Shown here one piece after another: positions 24,021 to 38,179 of a stretch of 64,000 nt of DNA; position 1 is the first letter of the stretch, and each line of letters begins with the position of its first letter. The notes under the pieces are model-generated. The model saw only the letters and a program-made list of their open reading frames with translations, was not told where the DNA came from and searched no databases. This DNA is from Lama guanicoe. Lineage: Eukaryota. The stretch covers positions 284,941 to 348,940 of the forward strand of contig MU053792.1 in the NCBI GenBank assembly GCA_013239625.1, written 5' to 3'. The translations under genes and the position numbers were made by a program.

Positions 24021-25998
24021 CGTGTATTCATTGTTTCTTATCTGTATTTGTCATTCATCTAATCACCTACAGTCATCATCTGTGATGTCATTTTTTTCCT
24101 CCCATCTCAGGGAAAAACCTTGAACAATTAATCGCAAGCTGCCTCCATAACCAAACATTCTCTTGTATACTCTTCAAAGAAATTGTATGGCCATGGCAGC
24201 TCAATCATGACTTTTTCCCTACATATGTGGAAAGAGAAGCTTCAGATTAACCAATTTATCTAATGTTACAAAATATTTTAATAGCACAGTCAAGATCAGA
24301 TATTCCATTTTCATCCCCATTTATGACTTTTTTTAGTCTTCTGCAGCTTGCTCAATGTCTAAAAAATTGGTGTTCACCAAATCATATATTTTGTTGATGA
24401 ATAAAATAATAAAAATAAGTAAGTCTCAGAAGCCCTACTCAATTGTTTAATTATGTTTTATTTCTCTTTCAGTTTACAAATATTACATCCAACATAGGAT
24501 GTTACTTAATATTCTGCAAGTAAAAGAATGAAAAACAAAGTAGTTTAGTTAGCTACAAATTGAGTTGCTTTTGTATCAGGAGGTTTTCATGCCATCTATC
24601 ATGGTGCAGACAAAATATATTTGGATTTTAGATTTTTTAATTAAAACAATACCATGCATTGTTTAAAAAGTCAAACAGTTCAAAAAAGCTTCAATTAAAA
24701 CATAGTACTCCTCACCTTCTCTGCATGATCCACTTCTGCTACCCCAAGCAAGCATTCTGATTTCTTCTTAGCTGTTTTTCCTAACGTTTAATTACATAGT
24801 TCTGTTTGCAGAGAAATGTTTGCTTTACAGTTCATCCTTTTAAAGTTTATACTTTTGTATTTTAAAATTTACATGAAATGACAGTATCATAGGACATGTA
24901 ACTATAATTTATAAATATATACATGTTGAAGGCACCTTCAAAATCATGGTCTAGCCTGGGAACATGAACCTTTCTTAATCACAGTTATCAGGTAGATATT
25001 TACCCAGGAATCTGATAGGCTCTGAAAGAACATTTCCTTTTTTTATCTTCCATAGAAAAGCTACAAGTCCTCTGCAAGTATAGTCAGCAGGAACTTAGGA
25101 AATTTGTATCAGGATTTCTTTACTAAGATTTCACACCTTGTCTTGTGAACATCTTTAATTCAACTGAAACAACATAAATATAAAATAGAAACTAGGGTTT
25201 GAAATCGAATTTCTAGCAAATGCACTTACCCTTAAGCCAAATGAGCATCAGTACTAATTCTCACCCAAAGGCTTTCTTTTGTCTTTAATTTAGTTCCCTT
25301 CACAAACTCTGGGCAGTGTGAGTTAGTGTAATGAATGAGACGGGCAGAAGCCATGAAGCCAAAGGTGAACGGGCAATTGTTAATGGCATAGTTACTCAAA
25401 ATTATTTTGCATGGAATGTGTGCAGCCTTCTTTTCCTCCAGTCTGTTGAACTTCATTCTACCATGTGCAGTTTCCTAGTGTGCAATTTGATTTTCAAATA
25501 TTTTCACTGAAGAGGACACCTTTCTTTTGTATTCTTTTTTTAAAATTATCAATCATTTAATGGAAAATTTACAAAAGAAACCTCATTTTAAAGAAAATGT
25601 ATCTTTTTAAAATAAGAATTTGCATTATCCTATCAATCACTTGCCATTACATTTCCAAATGATTATAAACAATCTTACCAGTAATGATGGTCTTAGAGTT
25701 AAGTACAGACTAGCAAATCAGCTTACATGACCTTTCATGCTGTCTTCTCCAAGCTGGGTGGTTATTAGTCTCATTAATTTACTGTTCTCAGTGTCACCAC
25801 CTTTACAATTCTGGGTAGCTTAAATAAAATCAATTAATTGACTTTCTCAGAATGTACATTTTTGAACATTTAATCTTTTTTCTCACTAATAATGTAAACA
25901 CATATTTCTGTTTTAAGAGAATTTTAGAAAATGCAGTTCATTGGAACAAATGAGTCCAATTCAAAGACAAATGCTTTTATTGTATAATTTTTTTAAAC

Positions 25999-26122
25999 TT
26001 TTTTTTTATTGAGTTATAGTCATTTTACAGTGTTGTGTCAAGTTCCAGTGTAGAGCACAATTTTTCACTTATACATGAACATACATATATTCATTGTCAC
26101 ATTTTTTTTTTTGCTGTGAGCT
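25999..26122 (-). mobile_element. Very short young L1 3' tail
   Basis: Near-identical to the reverse complement of ~2800-2920 (ttttattgagttatagtcattttaca..). Confidence 0.9.
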
Positions 26123-26424
26123 TACACGTTTATCGTGTTCCTGTATTTCCCTCGAGTGTATTTTTATTAAATATCACTAGATAGCAGTGTGGTTTATCTT
26201 AATTTTTTTCCTACAAATCATTTTTTCCCCTGTCTTTTAGTATAATTTTGTAGGATAATTTCCCTCTGTGTAGTGTTTTTATATTTCAACCTAAGAGCAT
26301 TCCTAGGCCTTTTCCATTTTATTTTCTGATTATAATCTTATTCCTTGTAAGTGGTTTCTGCCAGTGCAGATTATCTCTAGGTTTCCTAGACATTTTACTA
26401 CACTAGCATTAACTTGAAAAAAAT

Positions 26425-26672
26425 ATTTGTATTGAAGTATAGTCAGTTACAATGTTGTGTCAATTTCTGGTGTACAGCACAATACTTCAGTCATATAGGA
26501 ACATATATATATTCATTTCCATATTTTTTCACCATAAGTTACTACAAGATATTGAATATAGTTCCTTGTGTTATACAGTATAAACATGATGTTTATCTAT
26601 ATTATATATATATGAGTTAGTATCTGCAAATCTTGAGCTCCCCACTAATCCCTTCCCACCCCTTCCTCCCTG
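26425..26672 (-). mobile_element. L1 3' tail, second subfamily (as at 14390)
   Basis: 'attgaagtatagtcagttacaatgttgtgtcaatttctggtgtacagc...cccttcccacccc'. Confidence 0.85.
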
Positions 26673-29322
26673 TAAGTGCTCCTACGTTGAATGCGTTTAC
26701 ATTTATAAATGTCTTATCTTCTTGTTGGATTGACCTTTTTATCATTATGCAATTCCACTCTTTGTCTTTTATTGGCATCTTTGTTTTAAAGTCTATTTTG
26801 TCTGTTTTTAAAAAAAATTGTATTGAAGTATAGCTTATTTACAACATTGCGTTAGTTTCTAGTGATTCATCTAGACCTGTATATTCTGTTTTACATTTTT
26901 TTATTATAGGTTATCATATTGTTAATTATGTTCTGGCTGTTTTTGCAGTTCCTCTGTTTCTTCCCCTTTGTTTTCCTGTTGCATTAAGATTCTTTTCTTT
27001 AGCGTAAATGTTTAGGTTCATTTCACATTTTCTTTTGTATATTTACTGCACGTTTTTTCATTGTGGTTACCACGAACCTTACATATAATGTCCTATGAAA
27101 ATGTCGTTCTGTTTTAAATAGGTAACAACTTTAACTTGAACACACTTGGAAGATTTATCTTTTTACAACCCCTCATTTTATACTTCTGATGATGTATTTT
27201 ACAACTTTTTATTTTATGTATCTCTCAACTAAGTATTATAATTTTAGTTAATTTTACTACTTAGTTAGTTTAACCTTTATGATTGCTTTATAAGGAATTA
27301 CCCACTACCTTTATTATATATTTAGTTTTTCCAGTAAGATTTTTACTTTTATATGCTTTATTATTAGTAATTAGTGCCACTTCTTTCCAGCTTAAATAAG
27401 TCCCTTTAACAGTTACTGTAGGGTTGATTTACTGGTGATAAACTCCTTTAGTTTCTGCTTATCTGGAAAACTCTCAATCACTCCTTCAATTCTGAATGTT
27501 GGATAGCCTTGCTGGTTAGCGAATTCGTGGTTGAAAGTTTTTGTTTTTTGTTTTCTTTTCAGCACTTTGAATATGCTATGCCACTTCCTTTCGATCTGTC
27601 CTGTAAAGTTTCTGATGAAACATACTGATAGCCTTATGGGGGTCACAGGTTGTTTTTCTCTTGCTGCTTTTAAGATTCTCTCTTTATCCTTAACTTTTAA
27701 CATTTTGATTATAACGTGTCTGGATGTGATGTGTGTCTCTCTGGGTCTCATCTTATTTGGAACTCTCTGGGCTGCCTAGACATAAATGTCTGTTCCCCTC
27801 CTCAAATTAAGAAAGTTTTCATCTACTATTTCTTCAGATAATGTTTATGGCCCTTTCTCTCTCTCTTCTCCTTCTGAGACAACTGGAACATGACTGTTAC
27901 TCCACCTGATGCTGTCTCAAAGGTACTTTAAGGTAGGTTCACTTTTTTAATTCTTTCTTTTTTTTTCTCTCATTTTGTTGCTTTGTTTGGGTGAGTTCCA
28001 TTGCCTTGTATTCCAGCTCACTTATTTGCTCTTCTACCTCATCTAACCTCCTGTTGAATCCCTTTATCATATTTTCCAGTTCAGTTATAACTTCTGTTTT
28101 GTTGTTGTTGTTTACTTTCTTATATTTTATCTTTGTTGAAGTCCTTACTGTGTTTTCCCATTCTTCTCCTGAATTTGGTTAACATCTTTATGACTATTGT
28201 TGCAAACTCTTTATCAGGTAGTTTGTTTGCTTTATGCAATTCTCCCTCCAAGGTTTTTGTCTTGTTCTTTTAATTGGAACATATTCCTGTGTCTCCTCAT
28301 TTTGCCTAGTCCCCTGTGTTTGCTTCTATGCATTAAGTAACAACTATCTCTCCCAGTCTTAGAAGAGTGCTCTTCTGTAGGAGATGTCCCACGGGACTCA
28401 GAACTGCAATTCCGCCTGGCCACCAGAGTCAGGAGCTCAAGGGGTTTTCTTTTTAGGGACTGCATGTGATCTATTGTGGTGGTTCTGTGGCTGCTGCTGT
28501 GGGGCATTGGTGGCAGGGCAGGCCCCTGGAATGGCCTGTCCATAGCTGCTGCTCATGTTGGTGTGTGTGGTTATCATCCAGTCAACTGTGAAGCCTGGTT
28601 GAGGCTCAAAGGTGGTTAGGGCTCTCAGTGCACTCCATACATTGGTGCTAATAGGCGGGAGAGAGAATTCCAAAACGGCACCTACCAGTGCTATCATCAG
28701 CAGGGCCTGAGATCACAAAAATGGCTCTTACGACTCTTGACAGTGCCTCTGTCCCCAGGGAGTGTCCCAACTGGTTCCTGCTTATCCAGAAGATTCTTCA
28801 GGATTAGAGAGTGGGTCCCAACTTATCTATGGTCCACATGCCTTTTAATTTGGTGTCCTTGTGCTGTTTTTTGGGTTGAGTGAGTCTCGATGTGAGCCTG
28901 TTGATAATGGGGTTTTTGTTCCCTGCAACTCTATAATTTCCCCGAATATATTCCCTGTTGGCTTTCAAAACCAGGTGGCTTTTTGGGGGGTCACCTCTGC
29001 CATGCAGGATCTAAGCATCAGGGTGCCTGATGTGGAGGTCAAATCTCCTGCTCTCCAGGGAAAACAGCTGTACTTTTGTAATCCCTCCCATCTGAAGGTT
29101 GCCATGGATGGAATTTGAGCCTTTTTCCTTTGGTGAGTCCCTCTCTCTGCTTCTCCTACCCACCCATATACTGTCCTTTTATCCTTTGTTGTGGAGACTC
29201 TGTTAAACCCAGGTTTCAGGTCCCTTTCAGAGGGAATTATTCCATATGTAGTTGTAGATTTGTTGTGTCCATGGAAGGAAGTGAGTTCAAGATCTTCCTA
29301 AGCCACTGTCTTGAACCCTGTC
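26673..29322 (-). mobile_element. Older L1: 5'UTR, ORF1 and start of ORF2; small nested L1 tail at ~26815-26915
   Basis: Minus ORF 27413-27751 is ORF1p-like (RHVIIKMLKVKDKERILKAAREKQ..PIRLS); 28232-28543 contains KMRRHRNMFQLKEQDK; the 5' end reads ggacagggttcaagacagtgg. Confidence 0.88.
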
Positions 29323-29474
29323 CTAATATCTACTCTTTAAAACACATCTACCTCTCTGTTAACTATTTCTTAAAGAATATTCATGTATTAGTATATCTGA
29401 CTTCCAAAAACTCAAATGATAGTTGTTCTCACAGAAAATTATTTTTACCTTATTATTCTGACATGATGTCTTAA

Positions 29475-30212
29475 TCAATCAAGATTCAGTGATTCCTTAA
29501 TCAAAATCCAAGTAAGTTATTTTGTGGATATCAACAAGCTGATTCTAAAGGTTATATAAAAAGGCAAAGACCCAAAATAGCCAACACAACATTGAAGCAG
29601 AAGAACAAAATTGGGTGACTGACACTGCCTGACTTTCTATGAAACTACAATAAATCAAGTTGTTTTGGCAAAAAATAAACAAATAAATCAAAAGAGCAGA
29701 ACAGAGAGCCAAGAAAATAGACCTCGTAAATATAGTCAACTCATCTTTGACAAAGAAGCAAGGGCATTATAATGGATCAAAGATAGTCTTTTCAACAAAT
29801 AGCACTGGAACAAATCCAAAAAAAAATAAGTCTAGGTACAGATTTTCACACAAATTAACTTAAAATGGATCAGAAGACTTAAATGTAGAATGCAGAACTA
29901 TATAACTCCTAGAAGGTCACATAGGAACAAACCTAGAGGACCTTGGGTACGACAAAGAGCTTTAAGATATAACATCAGGGCATGACTCATAATCTGAGCA
30001 ATTGATAAGCTAGATTTCATTTAAATTAAAAACTTCTGCTCTGTGAAAGTCAGTGTCATAGACTGAAAGAAAATATTTGCTGAAGATGCATCTGGTAAAG
30101 ATTGCTATCTAAAATATGCAAAGAATTCTTACCAACTTTAAGGAAACAAACTCAATTAAAAAGAGTTCAAAGATCTGAACAGACAACTCATCAAGGAATA
30201 TATACACACAGA
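29475..30212 (+). mobile_element. L1M ORF2 3' fragment
   Basis: 'aagctgattctaaag', 'atagtcaactcatctttgacaaagaagcaa', 'aaaacttctgctctgtgaaag'. Confidence 0.85.
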
Positions 30213-31279
30213 AACTATGCTCTCAAATATTTGTTATTCTGTGAAGACTTGTAACTAAAAGTCAAGAGTAAAATAATCACCAAGAAAACAAAGGAAAGAC
30301 AAGGTAACATTCTAGACCTTGAATTAAGGGAGCTTGCTGATGGAGCCCACATGGCAGCCTATTTTTGGTAACTCACACCAACACTGTCAGGTGTTTTTCT
30401 GAGCTCTGAGCACTGGCAGTTTTTAGAACATTGCTGAGCATTGACACTGTGAGTTTATGAATTAAGATCACCAAGGACTGGGGAGACTTCATGGATGAGG
30501 TGGTTCCTAGACTGGATCCAAAAGGAAGGATGAGACGAGGGGGCTAGGAAGTTAGGACAAGCTTCCCAGGCAGGTGCAACAGTGTGAGGCTCAAACCTGC
30601 CTCAGTAGGAAAATGACGGTGCTATTGGCTGAAATTTCAAAATCTAAAGAGGAAGACAGTGGTCTTGCAGAAGATGGACAATTTGGAATAATTTGCTTCC
30701 TCTCTTCCGCCACCAACTCTATGCTAGTAGTTTATAAATTGCTTCCCCTTGAGTCCGTGGACGGGTTTATAATAACCCACTTATTTGATTATCCAGTTTT
30801 CTCATCAATCCCTCAAAATAGCATTCTCTACAGGTTCAAAATCCCTTATCTCTTGCTGGCTCTTTGCCAGGATTTATGGAATGAAATTGTCGCAGGTGGG
30901 TTCCAAGTAATATCACATAGACTAGAAACATCTTAGAATGCCTGGGTGTGTGTGTGTGCTGGGTTGGGGTGGGGGATGGTTAGTAACAGCACTTCACAGG
31001 ATTGGCCAATGTCTGTGTTTCAACCCAAGGATTTTCACTTGGAGCAGCTCCTATTATTTAACTGGTCAGTTAGGCAACAATATTGGCTGATCATAGAGGC
31101 CCAACATTTATGCAGGAGGTTATTTTTAGTTCTGTTATTTCTCCATCTCTATCACCTTCAAAAAATTACTACTACCTGTCAGCTTTGAGGCACCCTGAGA
31201 CCTAGACCTTTTCCCACAAATAAAAGATATCGTGCAAGAAAACTCTCAAAAAAAAAAAAAAAGGAAGAAAAAGAAGCAG

Positions 31280-31465
31280 AATTTCAGAGACCAGAGATCA
31301 AATCTAAATATCACCACTCTCTAGTCATGGAAACTGGGAGACATGCTTTATCTCTCTCAGATTTATCTTCTGTAAATTTGGAAGAATAATTCCTACACAA
31401 TAGATTTACAGCTAAGATTAAATTGAATACAGATACAAAAACGATGCAAGCTTCCATAAACATCA
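31280..31465 (+). mobile_element. MIR SINE
   Basis: 'gatcaaatctaaatatcaccactctctagtcatg', 'tctgtaaatttggaagaataattcctac'. Confidence 0.55.
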
Positions 31466-32719
31466 TGGAGCTGTGATTTTAAAGTAGTATTCTGTCATTC
31501 TCTTTTTAATGAAGATAGGCAACCCTCGTGTGAACGGGCAATAAGCCTCAGTTCCTTCTAACACAGCCTCTCTGCTGAGTCACAGCTCTTGGGTGCTGAG
31601 GAATATACATAATAATCAGGATGCTGTTGAGAAATGTTTAACCAGAAAAAAACAAATTATGCAGTCTCTGCATTTAAACATCTCTGACTTGCTCAAGTCC
31701 TCACCTCTAAGGCGGGGAACTTTGTCAGCGTAGCCCAAACACATTCAGAGAACTGATGCCAAAAGTTCTCACGGTGGCATGAAAGCATTCGCTTATGCTC
31801 CTCTGCCAACTGCTTAATTGCACATTTGCATACATTGTGTTTTATCATAGTAAGACCGCTCATTATCTTTCACTTCTGTAACACAGAGGGTGCATGAGCC
31901 AATTATTTGAAATACATAGATATGACTTCCACTGCCTTTCTTGCCTCCAGGAAGGCAGAAGCTCAGCTCTTGAGTAGTTTTGGGGGTCCGTGATTTGTAC
32001 ATGGTTGCCTACGGAATTCCACCTCCCTTGACTTCTTGTCCAAGGAAAGAACCACTTAGAGACTGAGGAATTTTCAAAATGTTATTTCCAATGGAAATTG
32101 GGCTAAAGTAATCCAACATCTTTGAGCAGAAAACTAACCTCCCCTTATTCTAGCATTATTAGATGGAGAAAGTTTTCTGCTACCTGAAGGCAGGATCGAA
32201 TTACTTGATATTGATTAGATGTTTGCTTTCCTTAAGGAAATAAGCAAATAATTCTCTCTTGTAGTTGATTAGAAACCTTCTAAAAAATCAAATTTGACAT
32301 AAATTTATTACTATTAGTAAAAAAAAATCAGCATTGTGTTTGAAATGCCACCAATTTTTCATGACAAAAATTTTAGGGATGATTTAAATTTAAGCATTTT
32401 ATTTACTCTGAGGAATCTAAGCAGCAAATAAACATCCATTGTCTTTGTCTTAGAAGTAAAATATTTCTCAAATTTACTGATGCAACAATCCTAGTCTGAA
32501 ATCACTTCAGTTAAAGAAACATTCATTCCCCTACAACACGTTTTGAGGAAGTTTAATTCAACAAAATACGTTGGTCCTCATTTCTGTTCTAATAACTGTT
32601 ATCATGTGACAGGGCAGATGTCATATTCAAAAGTTACTTGAAATTAAATGCTTCTAGCATTCTCTTTGTGTCATAATTTTTCCATAGGTGTGTTGTGAGT
32701 TTTTTAGCACTCAACCCCC

Positions 32720-34966
32720 TTTTTTACCAATCATGATTCAAGGATTTATTAAGTCATACGTGCAAAGCATACTGCTAATTACATTAGCAAAAGATCAGTG
32801 TAAGAAGACAATTCTACAACTATCCATTTAGAAAATGTTGGTCTAGTGGTTGAAAGGTCCAAGTTCACATTGTCACCAGTGGGTAAGTTGTACAGAATGT
32901 CATTAGCATGACCACGGCATTTACAGGAACTCACAGACCCAAAGGAACAGCCTTAAGGTAAGGACAGGGTGTGTGTGTGCGCACAGGTGAGGCTAGAGGA
33001 GGCTCAGTTGAGGTGCAGTATGAGTGATCTGGCAAGGCAGTGATGGTAAGGAGGTTTATACTTAAAGAATAAATGAAGTATTTTAAAAACTGTAAAGCTG
33101 CAGCACATGACTTTTATGCCTCGTTACTTGAAACCTAAGGAAACAGCTTATTATTATCTGAATAAAGTAACATGAAAACGGGAATGTTTTTTACTGATCT
33201 ACCAAAATTTTTTCTAATGCACATTTTGATAGGTTTTATAATGCAAGGAGGCATATTACTCATTAAGAAGGGGTTCTGTAAGAAAAGCACTTACTAAGTG
33301 AGCAAACATGGCCAGGTCAAAGATGAATTAAATGCCCAATTTCAGAAGGGATGGGCAGGTTTAGAAAAAGGAAGAGCTTAAGAAAACTTACTGCTCATAC
33401 TGACCTTTCTTCATCACCTACTGCATTTGACGGAATCTAACCTTTTGAAAGTTTTACCCTTGACACTTTTAATAGTTTAACCGTTATGTATACATTTAGC
33501 GTAAATTACTCTCCACTTTGTGTTTTGTCAAACTGCTGTCTTCATTCCTTGATCACAAGTGTTCCACCCACGCCGCCCAGGGCACCTACGGCCAGAGCAG
33601 AATACGTCATGAGAGGGCAACACATGAGTAAGAGATCTGTTCAAAACCTCATACTACTTTTTTAAACTTACTATGAAATCAAAAAAAAACTGATCCAAAG
33701 ACTTGAGTTGTCACACTCACTCATTATGACATACATGGCAATGGTGGGCAACGAACATGGGTCAATAAACTATGACGCATTAAATGCCAACACTTCATGA
33801 AGGAGGCTGGCTCCTCTTACCTGAACCTGGTTAGAAAGTGTTTGCATTTCCTAAGGTCAGAAGCCACTGTCTTCTTAAAGACAGAGGTCTTTAAACAGTT
33901 TACTGCTTGGTGTTAGCCCAGCAACACAACTTCGTCCATAAGGTATCTGAGCGAGAATAAGGGCTTTTGAAAAACGAGGCTTTAAGAAAGCTTGTCAGTT
34001 TAGGGCTAGCCTTTAATGTGAAAGTTTGAATTTTTACACTTCAAACAAACAAAACTTCAAAATTACTGAGTGGTTCAAAATGGTGTGGTAGAAAAGCTCT
34101 AATCTGTAACAAAAACTTGGCCTTGGATGTGAAAGCTCCACATTTTGAGCAAAGTCCTACAAAGCCTCCCAGGGGACCGGACAGGGCAGGAGAGAGGCCG
34201 GGATGTTTACAACAGCAGGCATCTTCTCTTCCTCTTCGCGATGGGAAGTGGGCAGAGAGCCACGTGCTGGAACAGTTACACCAGACACTGTCTTGAGGCC
34301 TCCATGCAAGAGTAGGGAGCATTCCAGATATTCTACATCACCGATCTCCTTGGCCACGGCTACACCCTGTAGGTAGGTGATGGGATTCAGCCTCTTCTTC
34401 AGTTTCTCCATTATCTTTGTCATCCCTAGAATCAAGTTTTGTCCCCACCAGGAAGGTAGGAGTGTTGGGACAATGGTGTCGCAGTTCAAGAGACCATTCT
34501 GCACCAACATTTTTCAAATGATGCAGGTCTCACAAGAAAAGAGAAAATTCATAATATATCTGTTTGCGGATAGGATAGGGGACATAATCTGTCACAATCT
34601 TCTGGCCCAGCTGTATCCCAGAAGCCCAGATTCACTGGTTTCCCAACTACCGTAGCACTGGCAGAGTAGTTGTCAAAGACAGCGGGGATGCATTGGTCGT
34701 ATAACTGATGAGTAGGCACGGTTTACCGCCAGCTCCATTTCCCATCACCACACACCTGGTGGTCTGCGTCTTGTCCACTTCCCAGCCAGCAGTGGCACCA
34801 GGTGCAGAGGTGAGAAGTGGCAAGCTCGGGCTGGGCAAGTGCACACCTGTGGGCGATGGGGTGCAGGGTGCCGGGGCCGCCATCCACTTTGCTTTGCCCT
34901 TGACCAATGAGAAGCAGGAGCCCAGCAGCAGGAACCACCCAAAACTGGGCAAAACTGCAGAGGAAA
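32720..34966 (-). pseudogene. RAC1P: RAC1 processed pseudogene (full-length mRNA retrocopy; decayed CDS 34769-34207)
   Basis: Intronless frames give [27 protein letters not shown] / [36 protein letters not shown] / [23 protein letters not shown] / [16 protein letters not shown]. Start ATG is now ACG; 16-nt deletion plus +1, -2, -3, +4 indels and an internal TGA. GC-rich RAC1-like 5'UTR, ~1.5-kb 3'UTR, AATAAA at 32750-32745 and a short A-tail. Confidence 0.95.
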
Positions 34967-35319
34967 AAAAAACATAAACCCTTCAGCCTTTTGTGACAGA
35001 GATGTGATGCTGTTATTTTGAAGAGTTGATTAACAAGAAATGTTACCAAAATACTGACTATCTTGATGGCACTGGTTAGCAGGCGCCAAACTGGTACCTC
35101 ACCTCACACCTCACTTTGTTCTCAGAGCTGCCTTAACTGCCTGGGCTTTATACACTCATTGTGCTAAACTTTAGCAATGAATTACTTTATTTCCTTGACC
35201 AAAGGATGACAACAATTAAAAAATCTTCAGCCTGCAATAATAGTAAATACAAAGTAATTACTAAAAAATATATACAATAGCCAATTTTCCTATTTTACTA
35301 AAATCATAAAGAAACAAAA

Positions 35320-35490
35320 TGATTTTGGTTTGAAAGAGGTAAATTCAACCCATGAAAGAACTTTTCTGATTATGTGGTTGGGTGGTAGACACTGGAACAG
35401 GTACAAAGGCAATCTGCGACCTCCCGTAGTGATCTAAGGTTAGCCCTGTGAACTAGAAGGTCACTTCACGTCTTTTTATAGTCTGTGGAT
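35320..35490 (+). mobile_element. CR1/L3 LINE 3' end fragment
   Basis: 'gaaagaacttttctgatt...tagacactggaacagg' matches the recalled L3 3' motif. Confidence 0.5.
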
Positions 35491-37019
35491 TTACTAAGGA
35501 AAACCATTCACTAACCTCATTCTTTAGGACACTGGAGAGGATTGAGCTACGGCATGCTTTTATAACTAAAAATTAGATGTTTTAAAAGCTAAGTGATCTG
35601 TGTCACCCCGCCCCACCACTTGCCAGCCCTCACGGTGGCTAGGATGGTTTTACCGTGATAACCATAATTAATTCAAAAGGGAAGCAAGGGGTAACAAATA
35701 AATGTTTTCACTGCAAAGACCCTGACTTAAGCTAAATAAACTGTAAGAGCCTCTCTTTGTAGCATCGCCTTATCTTTTCCTAATACCACCTCTTTCTTCT
35801 CCTTCCTGTCCACTAGCAATCATTCAGAAGGTTCTGTGGTTAATACGTGCTCGGACATTGATTTCAGCTACCATCTCTGAAAGCATGAGATCTTTCCTGA
35901 TTTCTTTTCCACGTGGGGAAAGACAAACAAACATACAAACAGAAGAGCAACTACCTTCCTGGACATTCACCTCTGAGAATGTTGCTTTTGAATAATTTAT
36001 CTAATAACACATTTTTAGTCATTTTGAATCATATGAAAGTTCCCTGAGCTCTGGTGGAAACACTGGTGATCCTTGGAGATTCATCTACATACCCACAGTT
36101 AGAGAAACCAGTCCCATCCCAAAGCACTGCCTTTCACAGACTGCATGAATGTATGAGGCTTCAAAGGAGACGTAATTACAGTGTCTACTCATTTGTGAGA
36201 GGAGCAGCTCCAAACTGAGCACCAAAATTCTTCATCACCAAAACCTTACTCAATTGGCCACTCATACATTCACCCATATTTCTATTGCATTATTTGCTTA
36301 TTTGTTTTTATTGATTTGTGGAGATATTCTATATATTAACCATTGTCCACTACAGATGTTTCAAATCTCTTTTTTTCTTGTCTGACTCTTTAACTTCATT
36401 TCATTGTAGTAAATATTTGATGTAGATTTAGCCTAATTTATCAATGTTGTATTTTATTACTTGGGCTTTTAATATAGTGTTTAAAAAACTTCTTTTTACT
36501 CAAGTCATAAAAAAGTTTTATGTTATCTACTAGACCTTTATTTTTTCAATGTGAAGAGATATTAAAACTTTAATGTTCAATAAATAAAATAAAGTTGCTA
36601 GTAATAACTGTAGGATAACATTTATAAAAGTTTTAAAAAGGGCTTTACACATATACTACCTACACTCAGTAAAAATATTAAAATGTAGCCAGGAAGGCAC
36701 ATAGCAAAACCGAGATTGTGGCTGCTTCTGAGACAACAGAGAGCCCACCAGCAGAAAGAGAAACGCCACTTTTTTTTTTCATGAACATGGTTTAAAAAAA
36801 GCATGACAATGTATTAACATTTGCTAGTTCCAGATAGTGGAGAGATAACAAATCTTTATTGTACTTTCTGTATTTTCCTTATTAAAATTCCTATCAAAAA
36901 GGTTGAAAGGAAATGTTTAGGAAATCTGCCATATTTAAGCCTGACTTACTTTCTCGCTGTGCCTGTAATTTGATGAATAACACACCTAGAAGGGCTTATA
37001 GGATAGGAAACATCACGGT

Positions 37020-37240
37020 AACTACAACAGTAGCAATATGACTATTTTGTAGCACATGCTATTTGACAGGTCTCAAACTTTATGCACGCATAATATCATT
37101 TAATCTGATACTGTGAGGTATATGTTATTTGTTATATACATATGACATTTTATAAATAAAGAAATTCCAAGTTGAGAAAGATCAAGTAGTTCAGGGTCAA
37201 AAAACTAGTGATTCTGGAAGAATCTGAAAATGGACCAGTA
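37020..37240 (-). mobile_element. MIR SINE
   Basis: 'tatcatttaatct..ctgtgaggta..cattttataaataaagaaatt..agggtca'. Confidence 0.6.
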
Positions 37241-37260
37241 GAGCTTGCCTTACATGTGAG

Positions 37261-37830
37261 TGTGGAAGACAGACATTCTATAACTAACCCCCAAAGATGT
37301 TGTATCTTAATCCTGCGAACTTTGCATCCGATGGAATGTCACTCCTGTGATTATGTTCTTGTATGGCACAGCTGACGTTAATACAGGGAGAGTATCTGAG
37401 TGGGGCTAACTTAATCACATGAGTTTAAAAGCAGAGTTTTTCCTGGCTGCTGGCAGAAGGGGTGGGTAAAAAGATTAGCAGTCTGAGAAGATCTTACTTT
37501 GTTGTCCCCGGCTTGAAGACGGAGGGGACCACATGAGAAGGCTAGCCTCTATGAGCAGGAAGTGACCTCCAGATGGTAGCCAGCAAGGACCAAGGAACTC
37601 AGATGTGTGCCCACAAGGACATGGACTATGCCAAGGACTTGAATAAACTTGAAAACCTGTTCTTTCCTCAGACCTTTAGATAAGAGCCCAGCCTTGCTGC
37701 CCCATGATTTCACAGAGAACACAGCCAGATCCACCCGGAATTCTGATGTATAGAAGAGGAAGACATTGATAAGCGTGATCTTAAACTACTAAATTTGTAA
37801 AAACTTGTTATAGCAACACTAGAATATAGT
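37261..37830 (+). mobile_element. MLT1 (E/F-like) MaLR LTR
   Basis: 'tgtggaagacagacattcta..gtcactcctgtgattatgtt..ctaacttaatcacatgag..actaaatttgt..ttgttatagcaacactaga'. Confidence 0.8.
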
Positions 37831-38179
37831 CTGTATCTTTAACTAGTATGTGACATTAAGCCCTTATATATATATATTAACTCCCCAAAAGTCTGTCCAT
37901 TAATGTTTAAATTAAACTTCAAAAGTTATGCCACCATCATCACTAATATAAATATTGCTAACTACCATTATGATTACTAAAATGAAGGCTACTACCACTA
38001 TTGCTAAAAAATGATAAAAATAATAATTTCATGTATATATACATACCAAGAGCTAGCCAGGCCCCAGTGATAAAAATTGTGATCTAATAGGTCCGAATAG
38101 ACATGGGAATCTGCATGTTTATACACTTCTAAGTTAATACTATCATATTGTCAAGATTGAGGAACCAATGGGCTATGTA

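Noticed and set aside
34647..34952. ORF whose UTR-derived ATG (34883) reads into the RAC1 N-terminus
   Set aside because: The P-loop is broken (GNGAGGKP) and the frame shifts at the 16-nt deletion; it cannot make a GTPase.
32700..34995. TSD around the RAC1 retrocopy (aagggggttgagtgct vs aagggtttatgtt on the minus strand)
   Set aside because: The match is too degenerate to call.
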